Positions 13,403 through 24,679 of a stretch of 64,000 nt of DNA are shown here, piece by piece. The position numbers and the translations under genes were made by a program. The notes under the pieces were generated by a model that was given only the letters and a program-made list of their open reading frames with translations, did not search any database and was not told where the DNA came from. Source of the DNA: Octopus sinensis (taxonomy: Eukaryota); contig NC_042997.1 of the NCBI RefSeq assembly GCF_006345805.1, positions 110,794,001-110,858,000 on the forward strand. The letters run 5' to 3'. Each line of letters opens with the position of its first letter. Within the stretch, counting starts at the first letter, position 1.

Positions 13403-16400
13403 GAAAATATAAAGACCTGCTCGTTGAAATTGAGAAAATGTGGCATCTCAAGGCGGTTACAATACCAGTGATCGTAGGAGCACTAGGAATGGTCAAGAAG
13501 GGAACCGAAAATTATATGAGAATGATCCCTGGCTTACCATCCCTGCAAGAAGTGCAAAAGATTGTCTTAACTGGTACATCACACGTATTGAGAAGAGCAT
13601 TGTCGCTGTGAGAACTATTACTATCCATGTATTTTAATTTAACTTTAAAAAAAAAGAAAAAAAAATGAACGAACTATTGAGTTTAGTTTAATGGCCTACC
13701 AATGTATACTATGAGTTTCTTTGCCCTAGGAGTCGGGAAGACACTCGGCAAGAAATGGAAGCAAATTTGAAAGAAGAAGAAAAAAAAAAATAATAATAAT
13801 AATAAAAATAATAATAATAATAATAAATAATAATAATAATAAAATAATAATAATAATAATAATAAATAATAATAATAATAATAATAATAATCTGCAATGA
13901 TTATAGCAATAAATATAACTCCTGGGTTTCAGAATTCAATGCCGTTAAGGAAATATAGAGAATGGCCACTAATAGCGGACTACAGCTTCTAATTTCCTCT
14001 TATAGACAATCAGGTAAATTTTAACGATTTTAAAAATTATGATATATTCTGGAAAATAATTTTTTGTTCTTATTTGGAAATTGTAAATATTAGAAATGGA
14101 TTTTTGCCTGTTGCTGTCTTTACGTCAATTCTTGTTTATCGTGACTGCTGTGTGGATTTTTATCTGTCATTGTGAAAACTCTTGTTAAGCACTTTTATGT
14201 GGATTATTAATTATGGATGTTGCTGGGTGAATTGCTAAATAAAGCTGTTTATCATCATCATCATCATCATTTAACGTCCGTTTTCCATGCTGGCATGGGG
14301 TTGACGGTTCAACCGGGGTCTGGGAAGCTAGGAGGCTGCACCAGGCTCCAGTCTGATCTGGCAGTGTTTTTACGGCTGGATGCCCTTCCTAATGCCAACC
14401 ACTCCGTGAGTGTAGTGGATACTTTTTACGTGCCACCGGCACAGGTGCCAGGGGAGGCTGGCAATGGCCACAATCGGATTGGTGCTTTTTACATGCCACC
14501 GGCACGGAGGCCAGTTGAGCCAGTTATCATGGAGAGGATCCATGTGAATTCCATCACCGTATGATCACTGCTGTCATGTGGAGTCTTGTCTGTCACTGTT
14601 GCCGTGTAGATTTTTCTTGTACAATCGACATGGCAATCCCCCACACCCTGCTGAAGGCCTCCCTCCTGGTTTAGAAGCACCATGGATTCTGTGCAAGGCA
14701 CTTAACCACCTGAGGACAAGGACAGGTTGATCAAAAGTTGTTTTGCTCAGATGATGGCTACATGACTGGCCCAACCACCTATGAATGTGGAGGAGTAGGC
14801 CATGCTAATGGAACATTGCCTTCTACTACCAAACACCTACAGCACAAAAGACTTTGCAGAGTTCAGCAAAAATGCAAAGAACTGTGCAAAGAGATGTGAA
14901 ATTATCCTTTAACCATTATACTTCAAAGAATCGAAAGAAGACTAGAAATTTCCAGTTCACATCATCAGAAACAGGCCACAGCTGTTGATTAGCTCAGAGT
15001 TAACCTTGATTGAACAGCTTGATAATTAAGGGCTTTCCAGCCATGACTATCATGTTCATAATTCAAACATATTGTATCTTGGACAAACAGGTTAGACGAA
15101 GTTTGTTTTGTTGTGTTTTTATCTTTTATTCAAGAGGGAAGGTCATGCTCAAAACCCTTGATGGGGCCTCTGATGTTGGCACTAGAGAGGTAGGGGAGAA
15201 AGAGAAAGTGCATCTTTAGATAGGGGGCCCTGGCCTCAATACTTGTTACAGAACCAAGAACCAGGTGATGGTGTTGAATGAAGTGAGGGATTAAGACCCA
15301 CACCCAAGTAGACCCATACTGGGATTTGAACTCTAAATGTAAGGAGTAAGAACAGATACTTTAAGGTGTATTACCTGACCCCCTTTCATTCCCTTGCCCT
15401 TAAATAAATACCTTATTTTTCAACCTCAGAAATACAAAAGTTAGGGGTAACAGCATTGCTTTCACCAGGCTTTTCAGAAACAAGGAGTAGAAGTAAAAGT
15501 AGAACGACCTCTGGTGGTTTCTTTGATGGGCATTTGATAGTAGTATGATCAACTGAGTTACCTTCCCATAGAATTAGCATATATGTGGTTGAGTATTCCA
15601 TGGACACGTGCCGTTAACATAAACTTCAGACAGAATCAGAAAGACAAAGCATGGGTGTAGGAAGGTATCTTTCAAATTCTTTCCCAAGGCTTCCACACAG
15701 TTTCTATCCACTCCATTTCACTATAAATACTTGAACTGATCTAAAAAAAATGGTAAAAGATGTTTACCCAAGATCAGGGCCATCTTAATAGTATCATAGC
15801 CCCACTTCCTTCCAGAAACCAATGCACTGGACAGAGCTGGATTAAGACCCATACAGGCCCTAAACACTTACAAGATTTTGGTACCCCCTATATATATATA
15901 TGTAATTCAAAATACAAACAATAATAAACCATAAAATAAATTTTTATTTTTCAAAATAAAACAAAACCAACAGAAAGATGGAAAATAATGTTTATTTTTG
16001 TATAATTCCATTTTATATTTGGAAAGTTTTCTTCTTTTTTCAATTGCAAATTCTTTGACCAGATCCTCACTGTGACACCATGAACACTTTAAAATTATAT
16101 TCTTCATCATAGACATTGCTTCAAATATTGTTAGCAAGTTTAAAGCGATTTCTTTTGTGCTGTAAGCCATTTACCATTTCTGTGGTGACCCCCTTCCCTT
16201 CATGCCCTAAGCACGTGCATCTTTTGCTTAATTCAGCACTGCATTTAGGATTAATTTATTGACAGCAAGCCACAGAATACATTGATCAGAATTGTAGCCC
16301 TAGAGCAGCTGTCCAATGTGCCCATACCTTCAAGAGGGCCCTGTCTAAGAAGCAACACAATGGAATTGAATCCAAAACCTTGTAAGGCGGCAAGTTGGGA

Positions 16401-19400
16401 GAAATGTTAGCACTCTGGATGAAGTGCTTAACGGTATTTCACCCATCATTATGTTCTGAGTTTAAAATCCGCTGAGGTTGACTTTGCCTTCCATCTTTTC
16501 AGGGTCAATAAATTAAGTACCAGTTGCATGCTGGGGATCAATGAAATTGACTGGCCCCTCCACAAAAATTTCAGGCCTTGTGCCCATAGTAGAAAGGAAT
16601 CCAAAACCCTGTGATTTCAAAGTAAACTTCTTAATCATTCTGTCACTCTGCATCCACAGAAGCAAGGAAGAATTACAATGGAAGTAAGTAACCTGCCTCA
16701 AACAGATAACACAAAATTTGTGGAGGTTTTGAATTCAAAGTATGAAGTGGGTAACTCGATGCTGTATCTCCTCAGCTATTTCACCCCTACAGCTCGGATA
16801 CATTGCAATCAACATCACTATTTTAACATTCACATTTCAATGTTTGCATGGGTCAGGGGGGAATTTGTTAAGGCAGACTTCATATGACTGGGTGTCCTTC
16901 CTGTCACCAACCCTCACCTGTTTCCAAGTAAGGCAGTATTTCCCCCCATGACCAGACATGCATCTCAGGAAAGATTGGAAACAACACCACTTGTATGACA
17001 GTGATGCTCGTTCACGGCTATCACATAACATCAAGACAAGGTTATATGCACACATAGGGTGACCCCTTCAGTCCTGAATGACCATGGGATTGCACCTAGA
17101 AAGTTACCCTCTGAGGCACAAGTCCAGGCAAAGTTGTTTATGGAAGACCAGCATTTGCCCATGCGTACCAGCCTCCCACCTGCACGCCACTGATGTTATC
17201 CAAGGGAAAAGCAGAGTCCCATGCAGTTTGGCATCAATGACATTACAACTCACTTCTACAGCTGAGTGAACTGGATCAACATGAAATAAAGAGTCTTGCT
17301 CAAGAACACAACACACGGCCTGGTCCAGGAATCGAACTCACAACCACACGATATATATCATTTAATGTACACAGTATAAAGGTATAAACTGCTGCTAGTT
17401 TCTTGCTGTGAAGACACTTGGCTAGGCAGGTTTTAGAGTGTGCCTTGCCTCCAAGCAATCTTCAGGCTCTGAGCACATGATCTGTTCTATTTGAAAATCA
17501 AGACAATGGTACCTGAGAAACCATGGGTAAAACAATGAGAGAAAAACAAAAAGGTTGATACAAAAAGTAGAAGCGTGAATAAAAACGGAAAAAGAAATGA
17601 AAGAGAATTAGAGTTATGTCCCCTTTGAAACTAATTGTTGCCGAATTATTCAACGTAGAGGGGCCCAAAGTCTGTAAGATATCTATGAAATCCACTTTCA
17701 AGTCATTGCTCAGCCTAGGGCTATAGAAGAACACATCCAACATGTGGATATTGTACAGCAGGATATTGTATTATATGGATTCAGCCTGAGAATTGTATTA
17801 AGGATATATGTGTGTGTTCTGGAATACTCAACCACTTACATGTAAATTCCGTGGGTAGAAATTCAGATTACTCATCTTTTAAACCAACAAAGAATCCCTC
17901 ACCGACCACCAAGCCTAACAAGCATAGTGAAAGAAATACTTGACTGAAGAGGTCGAATAAGACCAAAACATGTCTGCAGTTATCTCCCAGCCCTAAAGCT
18001 AATATTTTCATCCCCTCATCACATACATGAATCTAATTTAAATTCCAGAGGGGTCAATCACTTTGCCTTGATTGCATTTAACTCTCATAAAGTCATTAAG
18101 CATTTGTTTCTAATTGAGTCAGCTAAGTTTGTTCTTTTTTTTCTCTACAACACTAATCTTAAACCAATTAAATATGTTCTTTTGCCTATTCATACATTAT
18201 TATTATTATTATATCAGCACTCGCTCGACTGTGACAGTTACTTCCAAAGTGTCCCAGATTTACTAACCAGCTTGATATTAACAGAAATAATGGCACAAAA
18301 ATGTGTCATTATATTCGCCTTTGTATCTTCATTCTTAGTTCGCCTCCTGTGAAACAAACTGTTCCATTGTTGTTCCACTCACAAGAGAATTTCAGACTGA
18401 AACCATCCCAACCATGACTTCCCTGTCATTTTAAACATTTGTAAAACTACATTACTTGATGTGTGGTTTTCTTTCTGAAAATAATAAGATGTAATTTGAG
18501 CAAAATTCGTAATTTCTAGCAGTTTGAATGACCACAGAAAAACTCTCTCAGTTTGAAAAATCTGTTATCAGGTCAGGTAAGACAAATTTATTTCTTACCA
18601 TTAAGTTTTAATTATAAATCTCATATTTCATTAATGAATCTAGATAAGTGTTACTGCCTAACCCCAGTCCAATAACTGGATTTGTGAGGGATGTTTGGTT
18701 GTGGTATTTAACAAGGTGAGCTACCGGTGGTTCTCAACCATTTTCCTTTCTGACCCCTTTGTTTCCCGTTTTTACTTTACTGGACCCTCAGAGCCATTCG
18801 ATTTTTACCTTTCACTTGTTTCAGTCATTAGACAGTGGCCATGCTGGGGCACTGCCTCAAACAACTTTTTTTAGTCAAATGAATTTGATCCCTGGACTTA
18901 TTTTTTATTAAACCTGGTCTGTTTAGTTAAATTGCTGGGGTCTGTTTGGTTGAAGTTATGGTGGCATAAACAGACCAACACTGGTGGTGGTGGGCAAGTA
19001 CATCCACATCCACCAACCCCCCATATATATATACGATGGGCTTCTTTCAGTTTCCATCGACCAAATCCACTCACAAGGATTTAGTCAGCCTGAGGCAGTA
19101 GTAGAAGACACTTTCTCAAGATGCCACGCAGTGGGACTGAACCTGGAACTATGTGGTTGGGGAACAAGCTTCTTACTACATGACCACACCAGCGTCTATG
19201 ATTAAAATATTAGGAACGAGTCTCCAATGTCCAGACGATCTTCATTCTGTACAAATATTTTTACTTCGTGTATGTGTGTGAGTGTGCATGTATGTGTGGG
19301 TGTGCGTGGTTGAGTGTGTGAATGTGTGTACGTGTATATGTTTGTTATTGTATGTTTTTTTATTGCGTGTAATGGGGTTGTTCTTAACTCACGTATCTGT

Positions 19401-20386
19401 GTGCTCGCATGTATGTGTGTGTGTGTGGCCTGGATTCAACGTTCGATATTTCTTTATCTTCTCACATTAAAACGGTGACAGGGCAACCCTGACAAATCAA
19501 AACCTCACCACACCTTATACAATAGCCAAACATCACTACAATATTTCCTCTACCCAACTGAAAATAAGAACCACATGTAGGAACCCCTAAAATTCGGTGC
19601 AACACGAAGTAGCAGAGATGTGGAGTTTTGGAAGAAGAACGTGAATCACACGATGCAATTCGACCAAAAAAACAAATAGTTATTACTGCACAGAATACAG
19701 CACAAAAACCTCCCGTATTTTATTTGGCTATTGTTGTGGTACTATAGAAATTAAACAGGTGATAATGGGATCTTTATGCAGCTAATGTTTTGCCGTTTAT
19801 TTATTTGTGGGATTTGAGTTTCTATTTTGGTTTGTTACTGAATAGTTTGTCAATCTGTAAAAGGTGGGAACGTTTTTGTTTTGCAACTTGCTGTTTGGAA
19901 AGAAATTTGAATAGAGGGAAACTGCCCAGGGTATGGGATCCTGAGATGAAAAGAGAGAACAAATATTTGTGTCTTGCAAGTCTGAAGGAAGGAAGTGGTG
20001 ATTAATGGTCAAGATGTGAGGACGTTTGACAACTTCATATTTCCGTTGTCAAGTTTGACACATATATGGATATAAATTTATCAAAACATCCATTCGTCAG
20101 GAAAAGACAAGCGCTGGTGTGTTAGTTAACAAAAGTAAATTATTATTATTGTTAATAAATACAATATTGTCTTATAAAAGCCAATAGACGTGTGTGTGTG
20201 TAATCACACAGATGCACGCATTTATACACAATCATGCACGCACCCCGCGGTCGAATCATAAACACAACTGTTGACAATAATTTTTGTTTTTGAAAAACAA
20301 ATATTCGAAAGACTGCATGAACGAAATAATGAATGAAAAATATACTTTTGGCAGTGTGTGTGTGTGTGTGTGTTGTGTGTGTGTGC

Positions 20387-20428
<42 letters not shown>

Positions 20429-20512
20429 GTGTGTGTGTGTGCGTGCGTGCGTGTGTGTGTGTGTGTGTGTGCGCGTGTGTGTGTGTGCGTGCGTGTGTGT
20501 GTGTGTGTGGTG

Positions 20513-20545
<33 letters not shown>

Positions 20546-21511
20546 ATACACATATATTTATGTGTATACGTACATATGTATGTATGTATCGCTAGCTGGA
20601 TAGATGGATAGTCTCAATTGTGAATTGTTCCTGATCAGGAAGACCTGAGATTAATCGTGACCATCTCCACTCCAATCGTGACAATCCCATCTTATTCTCA
20701 GCATATTTTAAACAGCTGTTCCCAACCTAACAAACTCTGATTTAAGTTTGGGGTTGCGTGCGGTATTGCAGTATAATAAGGATCGCGAAGATAGAAACTT
20801 TCCCTTTTAGAATGAAGGCCACAACACAACTCTCACAAAAACTCGAGAATATTTCCCCCGGGGGCCTGTTGTGCTTTTCTTGTAAAGAGGGTCTCTTATC
20901 GAGATCTTCATGATCCAATGTACCTGGTTGTCATCAATCGTTGTTTAGCCCCAGGTCAGTCAGTCCTAATCGAGCAGACTTAGGCTCAAAGACATTCCAG
21001 TGCTGACCATTCCGTCCAATATGGGTAATTAGACCCGAATTACGTCTTTTTTAAGATGATAGAATGTAGTATGAGAGAGATTTAGCAGCTGTTTCTAACA
21101 GGTCGAAGGACCACGTAAATGCGACTCCCTTGTTTGGTGATCTTTCTAAATTTATACTAAATCTCGCCAGTTTGTTCCAATTAACGACAATAATTATTTT
21201 CATCTTAATGAATTCAACGAAAAGTTCTTTTCATTTTTAGTTTTAATTTACTTAACTCCATCTCGTAAATCTTTATCTCTTTTATTCTTGTTTCAATTTA
21301 TTCGTATCGAGTTTTTTCTACTGACGAGACAAAAACTTATCTGGAAATTGCCAAATAAGAGAAAACGGCGAACTTCTCCTCCACCACCCTCATCTTTTGG
21401 CTATTTTATTGATTTCCATATATCTAATCGATGTTTAAAGAAAAATAATATACAGACCTTGGTAATGCAGAAGGCAACAGCCAAAACTGCGAGGATTTCT
21501 TGAAAAGTCAT
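2500..21511 (-). CDS. PPIB: Peptidyl-prolyl cis-trans isomerase B-like (secretory-pathway cyclophilin), spliced CDS join(21511-21458, 7419-7218, 5745-5626, 2732-2500), 202 aa
   Basis: Manual splice gives one uninterrupted frame: [18 protein letters not shown]|[68 protein letters not shown]|[40 protein letters not shown]|[76 protein letters not shown]. It has cyclophilin motifs [30 protein letters not shown] and WLDGxH, GT-AG introns with phases 0,1,1, a signal peptide, and a CypB-like [13 protein letters not shown] and PFxxxKE tail. PPIB versus a PPIB/PPIC-like paralog is not resolved. Confidence 0.9.
2824..3318. repeat. 28-bp minisatellite (about 17 copies) derived from the adjacent SINE
   Basis: Unit TGGCACCTTGGGCAAGTGTCTCACTGTG matches the SINE segment CCCACTGCGTGGCACCTTGGGCAAGTGTC and runs into the SINE body (to about 3640). 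Confidence 0.9.
4037..4920. mobile_element. Inverted pair of family C SINEs (Meta-domain-like AGGAAGGGCATCCAGCTGTAGAAAC, (GAT)n tail)
   Basis: 4037-4410 minus and 4410-4920 plus, with internal tandem subrepeats. Other copies at about 10100-10630-, 12380-12712+, 14250-14520-, 24775-24962+, 43110-43523+, 45433-45715-, 57715-58290-, 61730-62075-, 63825-64000-. Confidence 0.8.
5240..5545. repeat. About 38-bp minisatellite in cyclophilin intron 3
   Basis: GGGTGTGTTTAAACAGCCTTACCACATGTTAACACGAA in about 5 near-perfect plus flanking degenerate copies. Confidence 0.9.
5626..5745 (-). CDS. PPIB: Cyclophilin B-like coding exon 3 (120 nt, phase 1-1)
   Basis: Acceptor CTTCTTTATCCTCAG, donor GCAG|GTAAG; encodes [39 protein letters not shown]. 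Confidence 0.95.
7218..7419 (-). CDS. PPIB: Cyclophilin B-like coding exon 2
   Basis: Acceptor TTTTGTTTTAG|GCT, donor CAAG|GTTGGT; encodes [18 protein letters not shown]...[12 protein letters not shown] (overlaps ORF 7033-7395). Confidence 0.95.
8050..8315 (+). mobile_element. Non-autonomous Helitron remnant carrying a SINE fragment
   Basis: 5' TATATAAAACTGAGAATGTGTCTGTC; 3' hairpin CCCGACCAATGCTGGG followed by CTAAT (degenerate CTAG-T). Confidence 0.4.
8335..8600 (+). repeat. Second copy of the AT-rich Penelope-like terminal repeat (3' part, no hammerhead)
   Basis: Near-identical to 12090-12350 (…GTAATTTTCTAGATGGTGTAATTTAATTGTTCATTTT…CCCTGTAAGTTTGGAT…). Confidence 0.7.
8955..9352 (-). mobile_element. 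SINE family A copy
   Basis: Reverse complement of the 45937 consensus. Confidence 0.85.
9739..9992 (+). mobile_element. Mariner-derived fold-back MITE
   Basis: About 100-bp inverted arms (GGTTGGTGCATAATTATTGCGGC.../...GCCGCAATAATTATGCACCAACC) around a spacer encoding the mariner C-terminus [20 protein letters not shown]. Confidence 0.8.
10645..10985 (+). mobile_element. RTE-like LINE 3' end with C-terminal zinc-finger remnant
   Basis: AQDHPAW...GATSYEQSR and [14 protein letters not shown], resembling the RIGLxSHxRTH end of RTE ORFs. Confidence 0.6.
11560..12360 (+). mobile_element. Penelope-like terminal-repeat (pLTR) relic with an inverted truncated copy
   Basis: AT-rich block containing the 11992 hammerhead. 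11560-11660 is the reverse complement of about 12120-12225, and 12090-12350 is nearly identical to 8335-8600. Confidence 0.55.
11992..12080 (+). ncRNA. Type I hammerhead ribozyme with long stem II
   Basis: TAAC-CTGATGA-GTGGCTATATTTA...TAAATATAGCCAT-GAAA-CACGTG-TC-GTTA: perfect core, 13-bp stem II, palindromic helix III, GUC cleavage site, stem I TAAC/GTTA. Confidence 0.8.
13403..13795 (+). mobile_element. 5'-truncated R4/Dong-clade RLE retrotransposon in a (TAA)n array
   Basis: Intact C-terminus [33 protein letters not shown]...[22 protein letters not shown] (13405-13611), then a 3' UTR running into (TAA)n. Confidence 0.85.
15775..16343. mobile_element. Nested hAT-like elements inserted in a SINE
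   Basis: Outer TIRs CAGGGCCATCTTAA / TTCAAGAGGGCCCTG with a degenerate 8-bp TSD (CCCAAGAT/TCTAAGAA). Inner 15832-16241 has CAGAGCTGGATTAAG / CTTAATTCAGCACTG and minus-strand [15 protein letters not shown] resembling a hAT C-terminus. Confidence 0.6.
17938..17980 (+). ncRNA. Degenerate hammerhead ribozyme relic
   Basis: CTGAAGA-GGTC gaataa GACC-AAAA-CATG-TC: stem II and palindromic helix III kept, but GAAA has become AAAA (probable CpG decay) and stem I is poor. Confidence 0.45.
20354..20545. repeat. (TG)n/(CG) microsatellite
   Basis: Direct reading. Confidence 0.95.
21458..21511 (-). CDS. PPIB: Cyclophilin B-like coding exon 1 (signal peptide [18 protein letters not shown])
   Basis: ATG in AAGATGA context, 18 codons with a hydrophobic core, ending AAG|GTCTGT (phase 0) to match the phase-0 acceptor at 7419. 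Lies next to a CpG-rich promoter-like region. Not in the ORF track. Confidence 0.78.
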
Positions 21512-21530
21512 CTTCGAATGTGGGAAGAAG

Positions 21531-21875
21531 CTGCAGAAATAAAACGATGCGGTGGTGTTCGTGTTAGAGGCTGAGAGATGACTGATGCCAAACTCAGCTC
21601 TAAGTAGTGGCTACGAAAAGCCTACCCCCACATCCGAAGATGAAGATGAAGGAAGAGGAGAAAAAAAGGCAGGAAACGAAAAAAATATACAAACAAATTC
21701 TTTAATAAGTCAACTTCGGCAACGTGGCAGTTGCGTCCATTTTAACAAATTCGCCCCTTCCGGAATTTCTGCTTCTTTGGGTTGTGAGGGTCGCCGCTCT
21801 GGGCAAACACGAAGACGGAATCTTCTACAGTTTTATGACTTTTTTGCCGTTTTTCACGTAGAGCAGAGCGCACCT

Positions 21876-21906
<31 letters not shown>

Positions 21907-21990
21907 GGTACTACTAGCGAACAGTGGTCCCGGTGCGCGCACACGCGTAGTCGCGCATCCGCGCTAGCTAGTCGTGACTAGTTGATCCTA
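21531..21990 (-). promoter_or_regulatory. Putative promoter/5' UTR region of the cyclophilin gene, with a possible short 5'-UTR intron 21625-21531
   Basis: Locally CpG-rich. Acceptor-like TTTTATTTCTGCAG 19 nt upstream of the ATG and donor-like GG|GTAGGC at 21625. Motifs: ACGTGGCA/CCACG (21722-21729, XBP1/ATF6-like core), CCATTTT (YY1-like), CCGGAA (ETS-like), TGCGCGCA (NRF1-like). Confidence 0.5.
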
Positions 21991-22167
21991 CAACGATTAC
22001 CTAGCAAAGTAAATAAAACACAAAATAAATAATTTTTTTACACAAAGTAAATAATTTTTGTTAAACAAAGTATATAAAAAGCCCAAAGTAAATAATTTTT
22101 TAAACAAAGTAAATAACACACAAAAACACAAAGTAAGGATCGACTAGTCATGACTAGCTGGCGCACC
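21907..22167. mobile_element. Possible MITE upstream of the cyclophilin promoter
   Basis: 29-bp inverted arms at 21961-21989 and 22136-22164, internal CAAAGTAAATAA repeats, boundaries TTA|GGT...ACC|TTA inside a (TTA)n run. Confidence 0.45.
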
Positions 22168-22889
22168 TTATTATTATTATTGTTGTTGTTTTGGGTCCTT
22201 GTGGCCAATAAAACAAATATAATCATCATCATTATTTATATTATTGTTGTTGTTGTTTTCAATCTGTCGTTTTATTAAAAAGTTTATGCGTGTGTTTGCA
22301 TGTGTATATGTGTCCATAAGTATACCCATCTATGTGTGTGTGTGTGTACGTGTGCGTACATTCACGTATATACACACGCACTTATATCTCATCGTTTCAC
22401 ATCTATTTTCTGTGCTGGCATGGGTTAGATGACACATACACACACACGTGTCTGTGTGTATGTATATATGTGTGTGTGTGCATATATGTGGGATCTTTTC
22501 CTTTTGAATGGCACTTTGTAACATAATTTCTAGGTAATTTCTATGTGTGTGTGTATGTATATATATATGATGCCCCAGCATGGCCGCGGCCTTCGAGCTA
22601 AAACATTTTTAAGGTATTAAGGATATATTATATATATATATGCATGAGTCTATATGAATATAATATACTAATTTAATGAACATATATGTGTGTCTATGTA
22701 GATGTGTGTGCGTGTGTGTAGATAAATCTATACACATAGACATATATATATTACACTATTAGTGTTCTGCTGTCTCAGCAGAAAGCAAGAATTTACGACA
22801 CCAACAACTAACTCTCTGGAGTTTCTTATTACATTCCGCATACGTGTTACAAAGTTTAGCCTCCCGCCATAACGGAAATATATATATGT

Positions 22890-22904
22890 GTGCGTGTATA
22901 AATG

Positions 22905-22982
<78 letters not shown>

Positions 22983-23422
22983 GTGTGAGGGAGAGAGAGA
23001 GTGTGTGTGAGGGAGAGAGAGAGAGTGTGTGTGTGAGGGAGAGAGAGAGAGTGTGTGTGTGTGAGGGAGAGAGAGAGAGTTATGTGTAATAATAAAGAAA
23101 TAGAATTTCACCTACGTAACAATAATTTAATTCTATTCTCAATGACTCGGCATTTTAAATTGCTTTGAAGCGTAAGGAAAATAAGCGGAGGGAAAAAAAC
23201 TTTTCTGTGTAATACAACTCTATCTCTCTCTCCCTCACTCACTCACTCACTCATTTCCTCTTTTTTCTTGTCTCTCGGCCTCTCTGTGTCTCTTTCTTTC
23301 TCTCACTCTCTCTAGACTCATCAAAAGACTCGCGAGGCCTAAATCCTCCTCTAATTAAGATCTTCGTCTTCTTTCCGGCCAGCATTGCACCACCTGTTTA
23401 CCAGACGTAGCTGGCTAGCCCT

Positions 23423-23459
<37 letters not shown>

Positions 23460-23720
23460 TCTCTCTCTCATCCTCTCTCTCTCTCTCTCTATCTATCTTT
23501 TTCTCTTTTTTTTCTTTCTCTCTCTATCTCTCTCTTTATCTCTCTTTTTATCTCTGTTTCTCTCTCTTTCTCGCTATCTTAATCTCGCTCTCTCTCTACC
23601 CTCTCTCTTTCTCTCTCTCCCTACCCTCTCTCTTTCCGTCTCTCTTTATCTCTCTCTCCATCTGTCTATCTCTTTCTCTCTACTCTCTTCATTCTTCCCC
23701 CTTTCTCTCTCTCCCTCTTT
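22890..23720. repeat. (TA)n, (GA)n and (CT)n microsatellite cluster
   Basis: (TA)n 22890-22953, GA-rich 22953-23080, CT-rich 23220-23320 and 23425-23720. Confidence 0.9.
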
Positions 23721-24217
23721 CTTTGACCCAATAAGCTCTACTGAAAGCTTTCTCAATTTGCAGATCTTTAAAGAAACAGTCCTTGTATGTGACCCAACAA
23801 ACGAAAGTATCGCTCGCAGACGATCAATGGCATTAGAAAGCTGCTTAGCCTTTTTCTATAACATTCCCATTTCACTGAAAACCCTTCCATTTGGTGCCAA
23901 ATCTCTTGTAGTGGTGTCTGGTGTTCTAAAGCTATCTATATTCCATTACCTCACTGTTTTTCAACAGCCATGCACCCCCCCTCCCGAGAAATGTGACAGC
24001 TGTGTTTAATTGAAAACATTAGTTTAGCTCTGGCAAGGAACTTTTAATGTTGGCTATGTGGTAAGAAGCTTGCTTACTAACTACATAGTTCCAGGTTCAG
24101 TCCCACTGTGTAACACCTTGGGGAAGGTGTCTTCTACTATAGCCCTGTGAGTGGATCGGGCAGACGGAAACTGAAAGAAGCCAGTCATATAATATATGTG
24201 TGTCTGTGTGTCGGCAG

Positions 24218-24416
24218 ACTCTCTTTATCCCATTCATTCCCTTTATTGAGCAACCTTTCATAGTGGCGTCTCCAAACCCCTCTCTTTGCAACTTCATTTA
24301 ATGCAAGTGAACCATCATCCATACAGACACATTTCTCTCCTACAATATCACGATTCTCTCTCACACACTGTCTTGCAACACGATATAGCTCAAGTCTTTG
24401 GTCCTCACAGCGCTGA
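24218..24416 (-). mobile_element. RTE LINE internal fragment
   Basis: EDQRLELYRVARQCVRENRDIVGEKCVCMDDGSL...WRRHYERLLN, resembling the endonuclease-RT linker of RTE elements. Confidence 0.65.
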
Positions 24417-24419
24417 TTG

Positions 24420-24616
24420 TATGCTGTCAACTTAATGTGACAGTCCCATGAGAGGGAATAATACTACTGCTATCTAGTCCTAGGAAGCAGCACTACTTCC
24501 TGTCGGCCTTGACACATTTTCTGTGTCCTTATGTTTACAAGGGGTACTGCTTCCTAGGGCTAAATAGCAATACTATGATTCCCTTCATGGAACTGTCACA
24601 TTAAGTTGACAGCATA
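24420..24616. repeat. Long inverted repeat (about 70-bp arms)
   Basis: TATGCTGTCAACTTAATGTGACAGT...CCTAGGAAGCAG (24420-24490) versus CTGCTTCCTAGG...ACTGTCACATTAAGTTGACAGCATA (24547-24616). Confidence 0.85.
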
Positions 24617-24679
24617 TGACTTTATCATATCACTACTGTATAAATGTATAAATCTCTCTGAGAGATTTTAAAATGTATC

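Noticed and set aside
17498-17743. Hydrophobic minus-strand ORF ending VSQ|GTACC as a signal-peptide exon
   Set aside because: Weak donor, no suitable ATG, partly SINE-derived.
18593-18610. ATG|GTAAG as an alternative first exon of the cyclophilin
   Set aside because: Phase fits, but there is no promoter-like context; the signal-peptide exon at 21458-21511 explains the gene better.
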